NCBI RefSeq assembly: GCF_009914755.1
Contig: NC_060928.1
Source of the DNA: the human T2T-CHM13v2.0 reference genome, Homo sapiens
Strand: one strand, 5' to 3'
Length of the DNA: 64,000 bases
The position numbers and the translations under genes were made by a program. Positions 17,440 through 31,799 of the stretch are shown in pieces; positions within the stretch are counted from its first letter, which is position 1; each line of letters starts with the position of its first letter. The notes under the pieces were generated by a model, which was not told the origin of the DNA, did not search any database, and saw only the letters and a list, made by a program, of their open reading frames with translations.

Positions 17440-17930
17440 GCAAGGGTTCCCAAACCTGGGGTAATACGATTTGACTGTGTCCCCACCCAAATCTCATCTT
17501 GAATTGTAGCTCTCATAATCCCCATGTGTCATGGCAGGGACCCAGTGGGCGGTAACTGAATCACTGAATCATGGGGGCAAGTTTTTCCCATGCTGTTCTC
17601 ATGATAGTGAGTAAGTCTCACGAGATCTGATGGTTTTATAAAGAGCAATTCCCCTGCACACACACTCTTTCCTGACACCATGTAAGACGTGCCTTAACTC
17701 CTCCTTTGCTTTCCACCATGACTGTGAGGCCTCCCCAGCCATGTGGAACTGTGAGTCCATTAAACTTCTTTCTCCTTATAAATTACCCAGTCTTGGGTAT
17801 TTCTTCATACCAGTATGAAAATGGACTAATACACTGGGGTTCTTACATAAAATACAAAGCCCAAGTACTCTGCATCATTTTTCAACTGTTCCCAGATGAT
17901 GCTAATACAGCCACGGTTGGGAACCACTGA
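17440..17930. mobile_element. MER5A-type hAT MITE interrupted by a THE1 LTR
   Basis: caagggttcccaaacct start and ccagatgatgctaatacagcc...gttgggaaccactg end. Confidence 0.6.
17462..17831 (+). mobile_element. THE1C/D-like MaLR solo LTR
   Basis: tgtgtccccacccaaatctcatcttgaattgtagc...gaaaatggactaataca; ctgggg duplicated on both sides. Confidence 0.9.
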
Positions 17931-18477
17931 TTTACTGTATTTTACTTAATGAGAAAAAGTATTGGAATATTTTTATTATAATAATGGGCAACTGTTTTCT
18001 GAACTTAAATCCCCAAATTTACCAATAAATTGTGTAATTCAAGAGGATGTGAAAAACATGTATTAAGTGTTGTCTATTTAGAGCATTGGGGAAGTAGCAG
18101 GTTAGGTGTCTAGTTATTTTGATTAACTTCCAACTTAAGATTAGTAAAAGGCATGCTTCCGGTCTCAGGGAATAAATGTTCCTTCATCAAAACTAGACTA
18201 CCTAGAAAGAAGCTGGAAACAGTGAAGTCTAGATCATTAGGAATTATTGCCAAAGCTAACACCTTTTCACAATTCCATGCTGTCATTAGTGTCATTCCTT
18301 CTATCTATACTGCCCTGCCCTACTACTCTGTCAATTCTTCATTCCTCAAGGTCCAGCCCAAATATTACTGCCCTCATGAAGCCTTCCCCAGTATAGCAAC
18401 AGAAAGAATTCCCGAAGGCTTTGCAATTTTCATTGCTTCTCCTATCATACATAGCAGGCTGATGTTCATTTCAGTAA

Positions 18478-18916
<439 letters not shown>

Positions 18917-19079
18917 TAATCTTGAGGTGTGTCTTATCTTTTTTTAATGGCATTTTAAAGATGTGGGGCAATGTTTACCTTAAAATTGTTAACATATAAT
19001 GGTGGCTCTTACAAAGATGCCATCTTACAGTCAACGCATTGCAGAGACTATCTTAGTGCATCTTCCCTTCCGCTGCTCT

Positions 19080-19235
19080 ACAACAGTGCTGTTCAACAGA
19101 ACTTTCTTCAATTATGGAAATGTTCCATATTTGTATTGTTCAATACAATAGCCACTAGGCACACGTGCCTTGAAATGCAGCTAACTAGCATGACTGAGGA
19201 GCTAAATTTTTAATTTATTTAATTTTAATTAATGA
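19080..19235. mobile_element. MER3-like hAT MITE fragment
   Basis: gtgctgttcaacagaactttc...ggaaatgttccatat...atagccactag...gactgaggagctaaatttttaatt. Confidence 0.7.
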
Positions 19236-20112
19236 GATTTATCTACATGTTTACCAGTTTATTTCTTCATCATTCCTTTTTGCATCTCAGCCCTTCCTCC
19301 TGGAATCTCTCCTTCCGGAAGTATATCCTTTAAGAAGTTTCTTAGAAAAGATCTTCTGTGGTAAAATCAGGTTTAGGTTTTTCTGAAAGCGTATTTTGCT
19401 TTTTCCTTGAATGACAGCTTTTTTTGACATACAATCAATATTTTCTTTTAGCGTTTTGAAGATATTTTTCCACTAATTTCCAGCTTCCATTGTTGCTGTT
19501 GGGAAGTCAGCTCTCAGTCTGATAAACAATCTGCCTTTTTTTCTGGCTGTTCTTAAACATGGTCTTCTTTTTTTTTTTTAAGTGAATTAAAGTTTCTTTA
19601 TGTCTAGTATGAATTTTTTTATTTATATGTTGTGCTTCCCTTATCGGCCCATAAATTACTTAGATTTAAGGAACATGGCCATTTATGTCATTCATAAACT
19701 CTCTCTGGAAATTATATATACATTAGATCTTCAAATAGTACTCCTAACCATTTACTCTTATTATCTTTCTGGAACTCAGAAGAGATCTCGTCATGACCGT
19801 TATATCCTTCAACTACTTTCGTTTTTCTTCTCCCTTATGCTACTTTCTGGTTAATTTCTTCAAACTTTTTTTCTAGTTCATTTTTCTAGTTCACCTATTT
19901 CTAATCTAATTTATTTAGTTTTTATTTCAACAGTTCTAATATTTCCTTAGGTCTTGGCTTTCCAAATCTGCCTGGTCAATTTTGCATTTAGTTGTGATTA
20001 CATGTTTTCTTTCTTAAAATATTTCATACCTAGTAATTTTATATTCTATATCAGATAATTCTAATATCTAAAGTCCTTAGGGTTCTAAATCTATTGTTTT
20101 TCACTTGTTTCT

Positions 20113-20421
20113 TTTCTTCTTTTTTTTTTTTCTTGAGATGGAGTCTCACTCTGTCGCCCAGGCTGGAGTACAGGGGCGCAATCTCCGCTCACTACAAGCT
20201 CCGCCTCCTGCGTTCACACCATTCTCCTGCCTCAGCCTCCCGAGTAGCTGGGACTACAGGCGCCCACCACCAACCATGTCCGGCTAATTTTTTTTGTATT
20301 TTTAGTAGAGACGGGATTTCACCGTGTTAGCCAGGATGGTCTCGATCTCCTGACCTCGTGATCTACCCACCTCGGCCTCCCAAAGTGCTGGGATTACAGG
20401 CATGAGCCACCGCGCCCGGCC
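20113..20421 (-). mobile_element. AluY, full length
   Basis: CpG-rich, AluY-type caagctccgcc and gttagccaggatggtctcgatc; TSD ttcacttgtttct (20100-20112 and 20422-20434). Confidence 0.96.
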
Positions 20422-20708
20422 TTCACTTGTTTCTGATGACTCGCACTGCTGATGGCTTGTTTTCTTGTAGGACTGGAGATCTTTGATTCTGAATGCCGAT
20501 TTGATTGATGTTAGTCAGGAAAATCCTAAGGTCTAAAGTGAAGATGCCTTCCTCCTGAAAGGATGTGCACTTGCTTCTGCCAGAAGCCAAAGGGCACTAT
20601 CTTCCTAGAGCCACTTTAGCTCCTCTTACAAATAAGTACTGGTGGAATGCAGGCTCTTATACCTTGCCACTGACCCAAGACTTAGTCTCTAACCACAATG
20701 GTGATATT

Positions 20709-20929
20709 AGAGGTGGAGTATTCCTTATCCACAATGCTTGGGACCAGAAGTGTTTTGGATTTCAGACATTTTCAAATTTTGGAATATTCTGCAGAATATA
20801 TACTTGCTATGCCTTCCTAATCCAAAAATTATGAGCATTTTCCTTTGAGTTTCATGCCCGTACCCCAAAAGCTTCAAATTTTAGAGTATTTTCAATTTTA
20901 GATTTTCAGATTAGGGATGTTCAACCTGT
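20709..20929. mobile_element. Tigger4a (Zombi) MITE
   Basis: ggtggagtattccttatcc...gcttgggaccagaagtgtttt...agggatgttcaacctgta. Confidence 0.85.
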
Positions 20930-21469
20930 AGCATTTGCTCTTCAGGTAACCTATCTTTTGTGTTTGCTTACACATAAAGCTTGGGTTTTACCTTACCCTT
21001 TGATGCTTGGTTGAACTACTTGAAGTGAGAGATTTTGGAGAGGTCTTAGTTCTTGTGGTCTCAGAAATACATTAAAAAATGTTTTATCCAGAATATAATG
21101 CTTTAGTGGAAAAGTGTGTTATTCAGTCTACCGTACTGCTAGGAACCTAAGCAGTATTAGTCTTAAACTAATCATCTTCTCCCAAAACCTACTTTTCCTC
21201 CTTTGTTACACATTTTGCTAAATGGCACCATTCACTCTCACCCAAATCTGCAACCCAAAATTACAGGTACCAGTGACCCTTCTCTTTCCCCTACTATCTC
21301 ATCTGTAACTAGGCAACAAGTCCGGAAATCTTACTGATCAAAAGTAGGTTTCCATTTATGTTTCTGATCTTGGCACCTAGTAGTACAATCTTAATCTTCA
21401 AGGCCAAGTCAAGATAAATGAGGCAGAATTAAAACCTAAATCCTGCATTCTTACTAAATGAAGGAGCTT

Positions 21470-21840
21470 TAATATGAAGGAAGCATAGAATACAGGAAAG
21501 TGGAGGAATTGAGTTTCATGCAGATCTAAAAAGAACTGGCACTCCGGCTGTCAGAAACATAATCACATTTTCGAGGAGGGGTTTAATTTTAGTGAAACAA
21601 AATTATCTGTCATGATAAATTAATATTAATTTGAATTTTATTGGTTTTGTAGTTTTGTTTGAATTTGCTCTATAAATCTATCACTGCTTTACAGTTAAGT
21701 AAGAGCTAGACGCGTAAGGAGTTTATACCTAGTTTACATTGAAGCTCCTTCATAATAAAAATATTTATTACTGAGGATTTGTGAGAAATGTTTCCTCTAA
21801 ATAGAGGTCCATAAATTACTGAGATTTAAAAAACAATGCT
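21470..21840 (+). mobile_element. Charlie4a-like hAT fossil
   Basis: gtaaggagtttatacctagttt...gaggtccataaattact resembles the recalled consensus 3' end. Confidence 0.5.
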
Positions 21841-22099
21841 CTTTATATACTTCACCACCCTTGATACATTTATCATTCTCTCCATAAATGAATGGAGAGA
21901 AATGGAACACAATCGCACATGCAAGAAATCATTTGCTAAACTCCAATTTCTCCCCAGTTCTCCAGCTGTTTGAATTATGTCATTACTGATTAACCTTTGG
22001 AGGCAGCAGGCCTTGTTTTCTTCCTCCAATAGAGATGGCTTCTAATAGGAAAAATGACTGGAAACACTTCTCTGCCCAGCTCCTACCATTATACCCGCT

Positions 22100-22532
22100 T
22101 CTACTAGAATTTGTAAAATAACACAAATGCACCTGGCAATAGTACAACCAATCAAATGTCTCCAACAAAGGATGGTCGTCCTTGCCTTAAGGAAGTCCAT
22201 TTCCTGGTTGCGTTTCCATAACCAGGAATTTTGGGAAATATGGCATTGTTTTTCTGAACGAGTAAAGAAACTACCAATCATTTCTTTTAAACTTCTAGAT
22301 TTTTATTCTCTATGGACTGTAAACTTTCACAGCTTCATTTTAAAAGTCCTGTGCCATAATTTTACCCTACAATTCCTGTCTCCCTGAAATGTGTAAAACC
22401 AAGCTGTAGCCCAACTCTCTCATGCACGCTTTATCAGGATCTCTTGAAATTGTGTAACCTAGACCACAGTCACTTATACTGGTTCAGAATAAACCTCTTT
22501 AGACATTTTGGCAGAATTTGGATTTTTCCCAT
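22100..22532 (+). mobile_element. ERV1 LTR (MER34/MER39 group), partial
   Basis: aaaaccaagctgtagccc...ggttcagaataaacctcttt...gaatttggatttttcc LTR 3' end. Confidence 0.65.
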
Positions 22533-24577
22533 ATTGAGTGTTTTTTGGTCCCAAAACTGATTAAAAATTACCTTGTGTTTTAAAAGTCCTATGCCAAGAT
22601 AAAACTTTCTCTCTCCAACATATGTGCTCATGTATCAACATCTATGTTTCTCCTCCCACAAGGTCCAACTCAATCAGAACCAAAAGGGAGATCACAGCAT
22701 ATCCATGCAATCCCTGGCTGGACAGACGGGGCACCCTAGGGCCTGGAGTTACGCAGCTGACTGGCAGAGGTCAGTACCCAGTTCTACCCAGTGTGGCCAC
22801 CCGATCCAACTCTGTGACTCATTTTAAATCATAAGTAGTTTGAACAAAGACTTAAAATTAACGGGTTTGGTCATCATTAAAGTTTATTTTTAAACGTCAA
22901 GTAATTTGGCATTTTACTAACAACAACTTGAGGATATCCACAGTGTATGAAACACCAACTCTTGTTTCAATAAAAGTCTAATGAAAGTTTCTCAAATTCT
23001 GAAACCTAATTCCAGGATTCTTATTTGGAACTGTTTTTTTGTTTTTGTTTTTGTTTTTGTTTTATCAGAGTACATTAACTCAGGGGGAAAATGAGATTAT
23101 CTTTTGATTCAGAGAGAAACAGAACATTCCACTGATAGTTTAAAAATAACACAGTGACCACAGATAACTGTAGTTCAGCAATTTTCAAATTCAGATTCTG
23201 GGTCAGGGCACAAGATTATGCGTCTTTAACAAGCACAACTGATTATAATGCTGATGGTCTAGAGGAAACTTGATGGGAAACACTGATCTATTCAACACTT
23301 TTTAAAAGTACACTTTAGTACTATTTCTACCTAGTCAATAAAATAAAGAAGGAAGGAGAAAGGAGGACGAATAAGAGAGAATCCGAAAGACACACTACCC
23401 AGACAGACTACTCAGACAGACGAGACAGTCAGGCAGACATGGTGCTACCCGTCAAGCATGCAGGAAAGCAGCTTTCATGGAATAACATTCCTAAACTCTT
23501 GCCTAATAAATTATGCTGAGAGCTGCTGCTAAGAATTTTTTAAACCAACTCAAAGCAAAAAAGGAGCTATTCACCCAATCAACAGGTGAAATCAAGTCAC
23601 AGACTAGTATAGGGTTTGGCAGATTTCAGGCCCTCCAGAAATATCTGTTTAATTGAGAAGCAACTCCAGCTCTAGCTAGAAATCTATTTAACCATAAAAG
23701 TGAAATCATAATGAATTTGGTCGTATCTTATTTTTCCCCTTTGTTTGTTTCCTCGGGGCATCTATAATGGCTGAATTGGAAATGGAACCACAAGTATTAT
23801 AACAACATTTGTTGGAAAGTTCATCCTGTATTTTAGTAGTACATAAGTTGACAGATATGGCTTTATGAATTGTTCTCAGAGACTTAAAAAAAAAAAAACC
23901 CTGAACTTTGTAAAAATTACATCCATTATCCACCAAGTAACATTTGCAAGCAAAACCCTCTACTAGAAAAAATGGGTGCGAAAATAGGAAAAGGAGAAGA
24001 ACAGGAGGAAGAAAAGGAGAACAGGACGTACAATTAATTGAGGGGAAAAAAATCATGAGTAAAGAAGTCAGAAATAAATGTAGCTAAAAATACAAACTGC
24101 TACTTTATGGTCCAGATATTGTAATATATCATTTTTAACATAAAAGAAAAACAAATCCTCAACAGACTTCCTATAAACGAAATTATCAGAGTTCCCGAGT
24201 ACACCGGGGGTCGAGGGAAGAATCTCCATGTGCTCCGAGTATCGATAGCCAGTCCAGCTTCATTCACTCATTCATTTCTTTTCTTTCATTTCAGGAGAAC
24301 ATTTAGCAGTGTTTTGTTTTATTTATTTTATTCAAAGGGAAATCCTCATGTGACACTAGCGGTGAAAATAACTTGTATTTGTAAGTTAATGTCTGCTGTA
24401 CATCTGAGTACACAATTGTCTTTCACAGAAGATGGAGCAAAGTATTACGGAAAGTTCATTGGCTTCTGAGTCTGAGAGAAATGGGTTCAAATCCTGAATA
24501 CGTTCCTTATCTGTGTGATCTTAAGACTCATCATTTAATATTCTGAGTCAGTTTCCTCCTCTATAAAACAAGAATCA

Positions 24578-24915
<338 letters not shown>

Positions 24916-25504
24916 TTAGGGATAAAGTGTTTTAAAGCGCTTGGCACAGTGCCTGGCACACAGCAAGTGGCGATTTCTATCGTCTTGCACACCTGCTGCA
25001 TTTCCCCGAGGGCTCCAGAATTTTCTGGTGCAGGCAGGTCAGCACAAGGCAAATCTTCCCCCGACTATTTTTCCCTGGACTACTTTGTACTCTCTTCCAG
25101 GCTGCAAAGAGCTCCTGCATGAAAGCCCCCTTCAAATGACCTTCTAACACTAGGTTGGTGAAGGCCAACAGGCCCTTGGGAGCAAAGAGAACTTTGTTTA
25201 CCATTGAACTAGAGCGAAAGAAGCCCAATAATTCACCCCTAAATTTTTCACCCCTAGAGCAAGCTAATCCCAAACGCTCTACCGATAGGTGGGAGAGTGG
25301 AATGAGCAAATATGAGAGATGGAATTGTAAATTTGCTTCACCACCCACACCAAGCCAACAGCACACACAACTGCTGCAATGCATGGATCTTCCTGAAATC
25401 CAGACCAGACCAAGATATGCCAAGAAACAATACAGGGGCAGTGAGAAAGAAGCTGCCAGTTCTTCGCAAATTTCCATGGCTCTTAGCTGAGAGCTACGAC
25501 TCCA

Positions 25505-25859
<355 letters not shown>

Positions 25860-27673
25860 TTAAGAGAAGTGGGATATTCGTGGGGACAAAAAAAATGGAC
25901 TCTGGAGCCAGACTGCCTGGGTTCAAAGCCTGGCTCCACACTCTCCAAGCTGTGTGGCCTTGGACATGTCATGCAGGATAGGCATAATGATACCAACTAA
26001 CTCACAGGGCTGCTGTCAGAATTAAATAATACAGTAAAAGCACCTGAATTGGCTATTATTACTATGAAAATTACATCCATTTCCCATTAATGAGTCAGAG
26101 GTGAAAAGAGTATATTCTTTTCTCAGAAAAGGATTCCTATTTCTCTAAGAGTTTATGTCTAAGAGGCTATGCCCAAACGGAATCATATTTTAGACACACT
26201 AAGAAGTCATTCTGGTTTGTTGAAAGCAGTAGCTCTATGCTACAGTGGCATCAGGAACATCTGGAAAACTTTTCCAAAAGGTACATGTCTGGGCAACAGG
26301 TCTGGTTTGGAGCCCAAAATGTGTATTTTGACAAAGCAATGTCATTCTAATGCACACATGGAGGTGAGAAACACTGGTTGAAAGCAAGTCCCAACTCTAC
26401 AAGACAGGTCTTTCCCAGGAGGATGGGAATAGTTCAAGGGTGTTGAGGGGTATCACTGCCCACAAAAATGCCTCTGCAACCTGTATGCTGCTGCCTGAAA
26501 TTCTTTTAGCAGGATTTTTTTTGTAGCACAAACCAGAAATACATTTTAAACTAGAAAAGGAACTAATATCGATTGAGCACCTACTACATGCCAGGCCCTT
26601 TACCCATCTGTCCCGTTTCTCAAGGTCACCCCACAGCACGGTTACTATACAAATGAGGAAACTGAGGAGCAGAGAGGTTCCTAGCATAGCCGAGATTCCA
26701 TCCCAGGTGTGTCTGCCTCCTGCACCACCCTGCCTCCTAGTCTATGACCTGGGCTCAGGAATCCCGGACACAGTTCCAAATCAAGGACATGAAACTGACT
26801 AAAAGGGTAGATTTACACCCACCCCACCTCACCCTCAGGTCCTCTCAGGTTGTACTGAACCACAATCAGACCTGAAGTTTAAAGATGTAGGAAGGAGTTC
26901 TCCACTCCCACCTTGCCACCTCCTCCAAGAGAGGACTGTAGGGCAAGTCTCAAACTCACTAGGCCTTAATGCTGCATCTGTACAAGAGAAATGTATTAGC
27001 CTTAAATCGACCTTTCCCTTTCTCTATCTCTCTCTTTTTCTTTCTCTCTCTCTCTGATAGGAAACAGGAAGGAAGAAGGGAAGGGAACAGATGAATTAAT
27101 ATAAAGTCAGATAAAAATGGAGAAAATAACCCTATCTACCTCAAAAGGGCTATTTTTCTATGAAGCGCAAATAAGATCACAATATACACAGTAATATTAG
27201 CCGACTTACTTAACTCCTTCAGTAAATCTGCCAAGACAACAACCCAAAGAGATGAGTATTAACATTCCCATTTTTCAGATGAGAAAACTGAAATGGAAAA
27301 AGGTAAAAATAACTTGTCCAAAGAACTACAGTTTATGAATGCAAATTCAAACCCAGGATTATATCTAACCTTTTCAACTCTTAGGCCTAGTATCCTATCT
27401 TGTTGATAAAATCACTATGTAATCTGTCAATTCTTATAGAGATATTACTTTTCCCTTACTAGGAAATTTTCATGAGCTATAAAGTGCCTCTAAGCTGCAG
27501 AAAAAGCAAAGGGATGTGAATAGTCTATAAACTGCAATCTCATCCCTGGAATAAGTAAAAGAAGCTTGTAATCCTATTTGCAGCTTAATGAATGGAAAAT
27601 AAATAGAAGCATCCAAAGAAAATGAAAGCAAGCAAGAAATAACATTAAGGAAGGAAGCAATAGGCTTAAGGGC

Positions 27674-27839
27674 AAAAAAAAAAAAAGGAAGAAGAAGGAG
27701 AAGGAGGAGGAGGAGGAGGAGGAGGAGGAGGAGGAGGAGGAGGAGAAGGAGAAGGAGAAGGAGAAGAAGAAGAAGAAGAAGAAGAAGAAGAAGAAGAAGA
27801 AGAAGAAGAAGAAGAAGAAGAAGAAGAAGAAGAAGAAAA
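27674..27839 (+). repeat. Compound purine microsatellite A13-G-(GAA)3-GGA-GAA-(GGA)14-(GAAGGA)3-(GAA)25
   Basis: Read directly: (GGA)14 at 27703-27744, (GAA)25 at 27763-27837; no pyrimidine in the interval. Confidence 0.97.
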
Positions 27840-29123
27840 CATCACAGGATGCTGTTTTGCGGATACTGGAGAAACAATGCTTTTGGGAAAACATCAAGGA
27901 TGAAAAACAAGGCCACGGAGGTGATTCAGACAACAGTAATGCAGTGATCCAGGGCCCAGGGCAAGCTGGCTGTAAGGAACGGGTGCGGGGCCTCACAGGT
28001 GCTGCCGGCCTGGACAGGGAAGACAAGGGCCTGGGATCAGCAGGACTTGGAAAGGAAATGACGGAAGCCCATAGCTTATGAAGTGATTAGTCAGAGTGCT
28101 TGAAGAACACCATGCACATTCCCATTTCACTCCCTGCAAATGATAGGACATGACCAGAGATTCCTTAACAGAGATGACTTTTTAAATATTAGATAAACCA
28201 GACGCAGGGAAATTTTCTCTCCAGAATGCACTCTAGTTAGCAATCAGAATGACAGAGGAGACTTCAGGGAGCTGAAGATTGCAGCAGACATAACCAGCAG
28301 TTAGGAGACCCAGGTTCAAGATACGGCTCCACCACTAATGCCCTGGGCTTGGCCGCCTTGGGCAAATCCCTCAGCGACTCAATCCATCAGCCTCCAAGAG
28401 AAGGGTGGGACAGGATGACCTCTAAGAGGCTGTGTTTGGTGACTAACTCCCTTCCCTGGTCTCCCTCTCACCCTCTTTCATCTCACATTGCAATGAGCTC
28501 TCCAATATACTTCTAGCTCAAAGAGAGGGAGGGAGGGAGGAAGGGTGGCCTAAGGATGACAAATGTGCTTAAACCTCAACATGCCTTACAAGAACTGAAA
28601 ATCCAAAATATAAATCAAACTAATAAAGCCAATGAAAATTATATCTACCACTTATTGAACCATTACTATGTGCCAGACACTGTCCTAAGCACCTCGCATG
28701 CATTAGCTCACTTAATCCTTATGACGACCCTCTAAGGAAGGAGGTAGATAAGTAATTTGTCCAAGTGACACAGCTTGTGGTTAAGCTGAGATGTGAATGT
28801 GGCCTCCCGAGCCTGACCTCTTAATCATTATACCCACAGCATTAACTTTGGGGATAAGACTACCCCAGCTAATTATGATATGATGCCTCTTTGCTTTAGA
28901 ATGAAATTACACCAACTCAAACTGACAGCATGTATTACAGAATGCTGCAGCTATGATCCTCTTCCCTGGCAAAAAAAAAAAAAAAAAAAAAAACGTGGTA
29001 AGTTTGGAATTGTGATTTGGCAAATATACAGCTTGGGTGAAACCATGACTTTCATAGACACTGCTCGTTTATTCTGGAATCTCTGAGTCCAAGCCCAAAG
29101 TCTCTCTCAAAAGTATAGCATTC

Positions 29124-29428
29124 AGCCGGGCATGGTGGCTCACACCTGTAATCCTAGCACTTTGGGAGGCTGAGGTAGAATAACTCCTTGAGCCCGGGAG
29201 TTCAAGACTAGCCTGGGCAAGATGGCGAAACTCTTCTCTACAAAAAATTTCAAAATAAGCTGGGTGTAGTGGCAGGCACCTGCAGTGCCAGCTACTCAGG
29301 AGGCTGAGGTGGGAGGATTGTTTGAGCTCAGGAATTGGAGGCAGCTGTGAGCTAAAATTGTGCCACCGCCCTCCAGCCTGGGTGACAAAGCAAGACCCCA
29401 TCTCTAAAAAGATAAAAATAAAAAATAA
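29124..29428 (+). mobile_element. AluJ-like, full length
   Basis: Dimeric Alu; TSD-like aaagtatagcattc / aaagtacaacattc. Confidence 0.93.
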
Positions 29429-29639
29429 AGTACAACATTCCAGACACCAGGGACAATGAGGACCCCACACAGCCAACTTCTTATTTACTCAGGAGAGTAG
29501 GTGAAGCCCAGAAATGTTGAAAGAGTGGCTCCAAGTCACACAGGTAATTAGAGAGAAAGCTAGAGCTAGAATGTTGAGCCTCCCAAATTCCAGTGTAAAG
29601 TTCTTTCAATTCTTTAAAAACAAAACCCATGTCTCCTAT

Positions 29640-30230
29640 CCCTTATTTTTTTTCCGCTTATTATAGAAACTTTCAAACACATACAAACGTAGAAAGAATG
29701 AATGAACCCCCATACAGCCAGCCATCATCCAACTTCAATGATTATTAACTCATGGGGAATCTTACCTTATTTCCACATTTATCTACTCTCCCCACCTCAT
29801 CACCACCAGTTGCTTTGAAGTAAATTCCAGGCATCACACATCCTTTCATCCACAAATATTTCAGCATATATCTCTTAAAAAGATAAAATTTTTAAGAGAC
29901 ACTCTAAAGCATAACCACAATAGTATTAACACACCTATAAAAATTAACAATAATTTCTTAACATCAATTATCTGATCAGTGTTCAAATTTCCCCGTCTTT
30001 TTTTTTTTTTTTTTTACAATTTGTCGAATCACAATCTATACATAGATTGTGTATTGAATCACAGTCTACACATAGCAACTGGTTAAAGTATTTCTTAAAT
30101 TTCTTTTAATCTCTAGGTCTCCTATTCATCTCTCTGTCTCCCTTTTTTCTAACAATTGATTCATTGATAAAATCAGATCAATTGTACCATGGGGACGATT
30201 CTGTCTCAAAGTCTGGATTTTGCTTTCTTT
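29640..30230 (-). mobile_element. Old L1 (L1MC/ME) 3' end, antisense
   Basis: aactttcaaacacatacaaac...aattccaggcatcac...cacaaatatttcagcatatatctc. Confidence 0.65.
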
Positions 30231-30370
30231 TTATCTCCCCACAACGCTCTTCATTGTACCTTGCATAAAGGAAGTGAGCTTAGACTCACCCATATGCATT
30301 CTTTCTCTCTCTATCTCACCCTCTACATAGACACACATACATGCTCATCATAAAATAATTTAAGAGAACA

Positions 30371-30670
30371 GGCAAGGCACAGTGGCTCCTGCCTGTAATC
30401 CTAGTACTTTGGGAGGCTGTGGTGGGAAGACTGCTTGAGCCCTGGAGTTTGAGACCAGCCTGGGCAACATGGCAAGACCATGTCTCTACAAAAAAATAAA
30501 CAAAATTAGCCGGGCAAGGTGGCATACACCTGCGGTCCCAGCACTCAGGAGGCTGAGGTGGGAGGACGGCTTGCTGGATCCCAGGAGTTTGAGGCTACAA
30601 TGAGCTCTGATCACACCACTTCACTCTAGCCTGGGCAACAGAGTAAGACTCTGTTAAAATAAATAATAAA
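30371..30670 (+). mobile_element. AluJ-like, full length
   Basis: Dimeric Alu with A-rich tail. Confidence 0.93.
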
Positions 30671-31799
30671 TTTTATTTAATTGTTGATTCAATTCAGCAA
30701 ATATCCACTGAGTATCAATAAGGGCAAGGTGTGTGGAATAACAAGGTGAATAAGATATGGTCTTTATCTCTGGGAAGACACAATCCAAGAAAGGTGATAA
30801 GCTCTATAATGTTAATTCAAGGAAGATAAGTGAGAACTACTTAAGAGGACTCTAGAAGAATTTCCAGGATAAGGTAAGACCTAGGCTAGACTTTGAAAAT
30901 GGCAGTTTGGGCCCAGATGGAGCAACATGCAATGTGACATAGAGGACAGCTTGGGTAATGCCACAAGGCAGGGATGATTCCGGCAGATTTTAAAACAGCA
31001 GCAGCACAGGTGGGTAAAAGATCTGGGGGGAAAGAGTATGGTAATGATAGACCACATATCTGCTGAGAGATTTGAGAATCATCACGCATTTTTGAATAGG
31101 GGAATAGCCCTGGATCTGTATTCTAAAGCATTAGTGAGTGTATTAGAAGTGAGGATTCCAGTTTGGATTTCAATAATCCACCTGATGGGTCCCTGCACTA
31201 GGTCAACAAGAATGACCAAAGAAAGAAGGAAGTGACATGGTTTATCAACTGAATACCTGGGGCCAGGAGGCAGGAGGAGTAAAAGATAATATAAGCTGAT
31301 TTTCAGCTTTCAGAGAAAGAAGATTACTTTCTTAAGGAAAAGAAAAATTATCCCTATAGTTCCTCAAGAAAATATATACACCTTTCAGATCATAAACAAG
31401 CGTCAGTCAAAAATTCTTGTCAACAGTGATAATGGGCATCCTGGACATCTTGACTTTAAGCTAAATTCAACAGATCCCAGGGAACACTGGACCAATCCAC
31501 TTTCTTCAATATGTTCATAAATCTTATTTTGATTTCTCTGAGGCCTTCCATACTCTGGGCATGTGAGTCTGAGGCAAATGTGTATTTTCCACGTTAATTC
31601 TATTTTTTAGAAAATGAGAGAGAAAAAGAAATTCAAGTCTAAAAATTTTGAGATCACCTTTATACTCCAAAACCTCAAATAACATACTTCTACAGCTTTG
31701 TATTCAACCTACATGAAATATAAATGTTCTCTAACGTTTCAAAAACAAGGAACATAGATGGAAGGAAATTAATTATAAAGAAAAGTCTATAAGATCTAT

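Larger units (their letters stand above)
19250..21140 (-). mobile_element. Very old antisense L1/HAL1-type fragment, interrupted by an AluY and Tigger4a
   Basis: T-rich segment with ttgaagatatt...cttccattgttgctgttgggaagtcagct, typical of antisense L1M. Confidence 0.55.

Noticed and set aside
27574-28026. 150-aa ORF with poly-Phe/poly-Ser
   Set aside because: Translation of the TTC/TCC microsatellite
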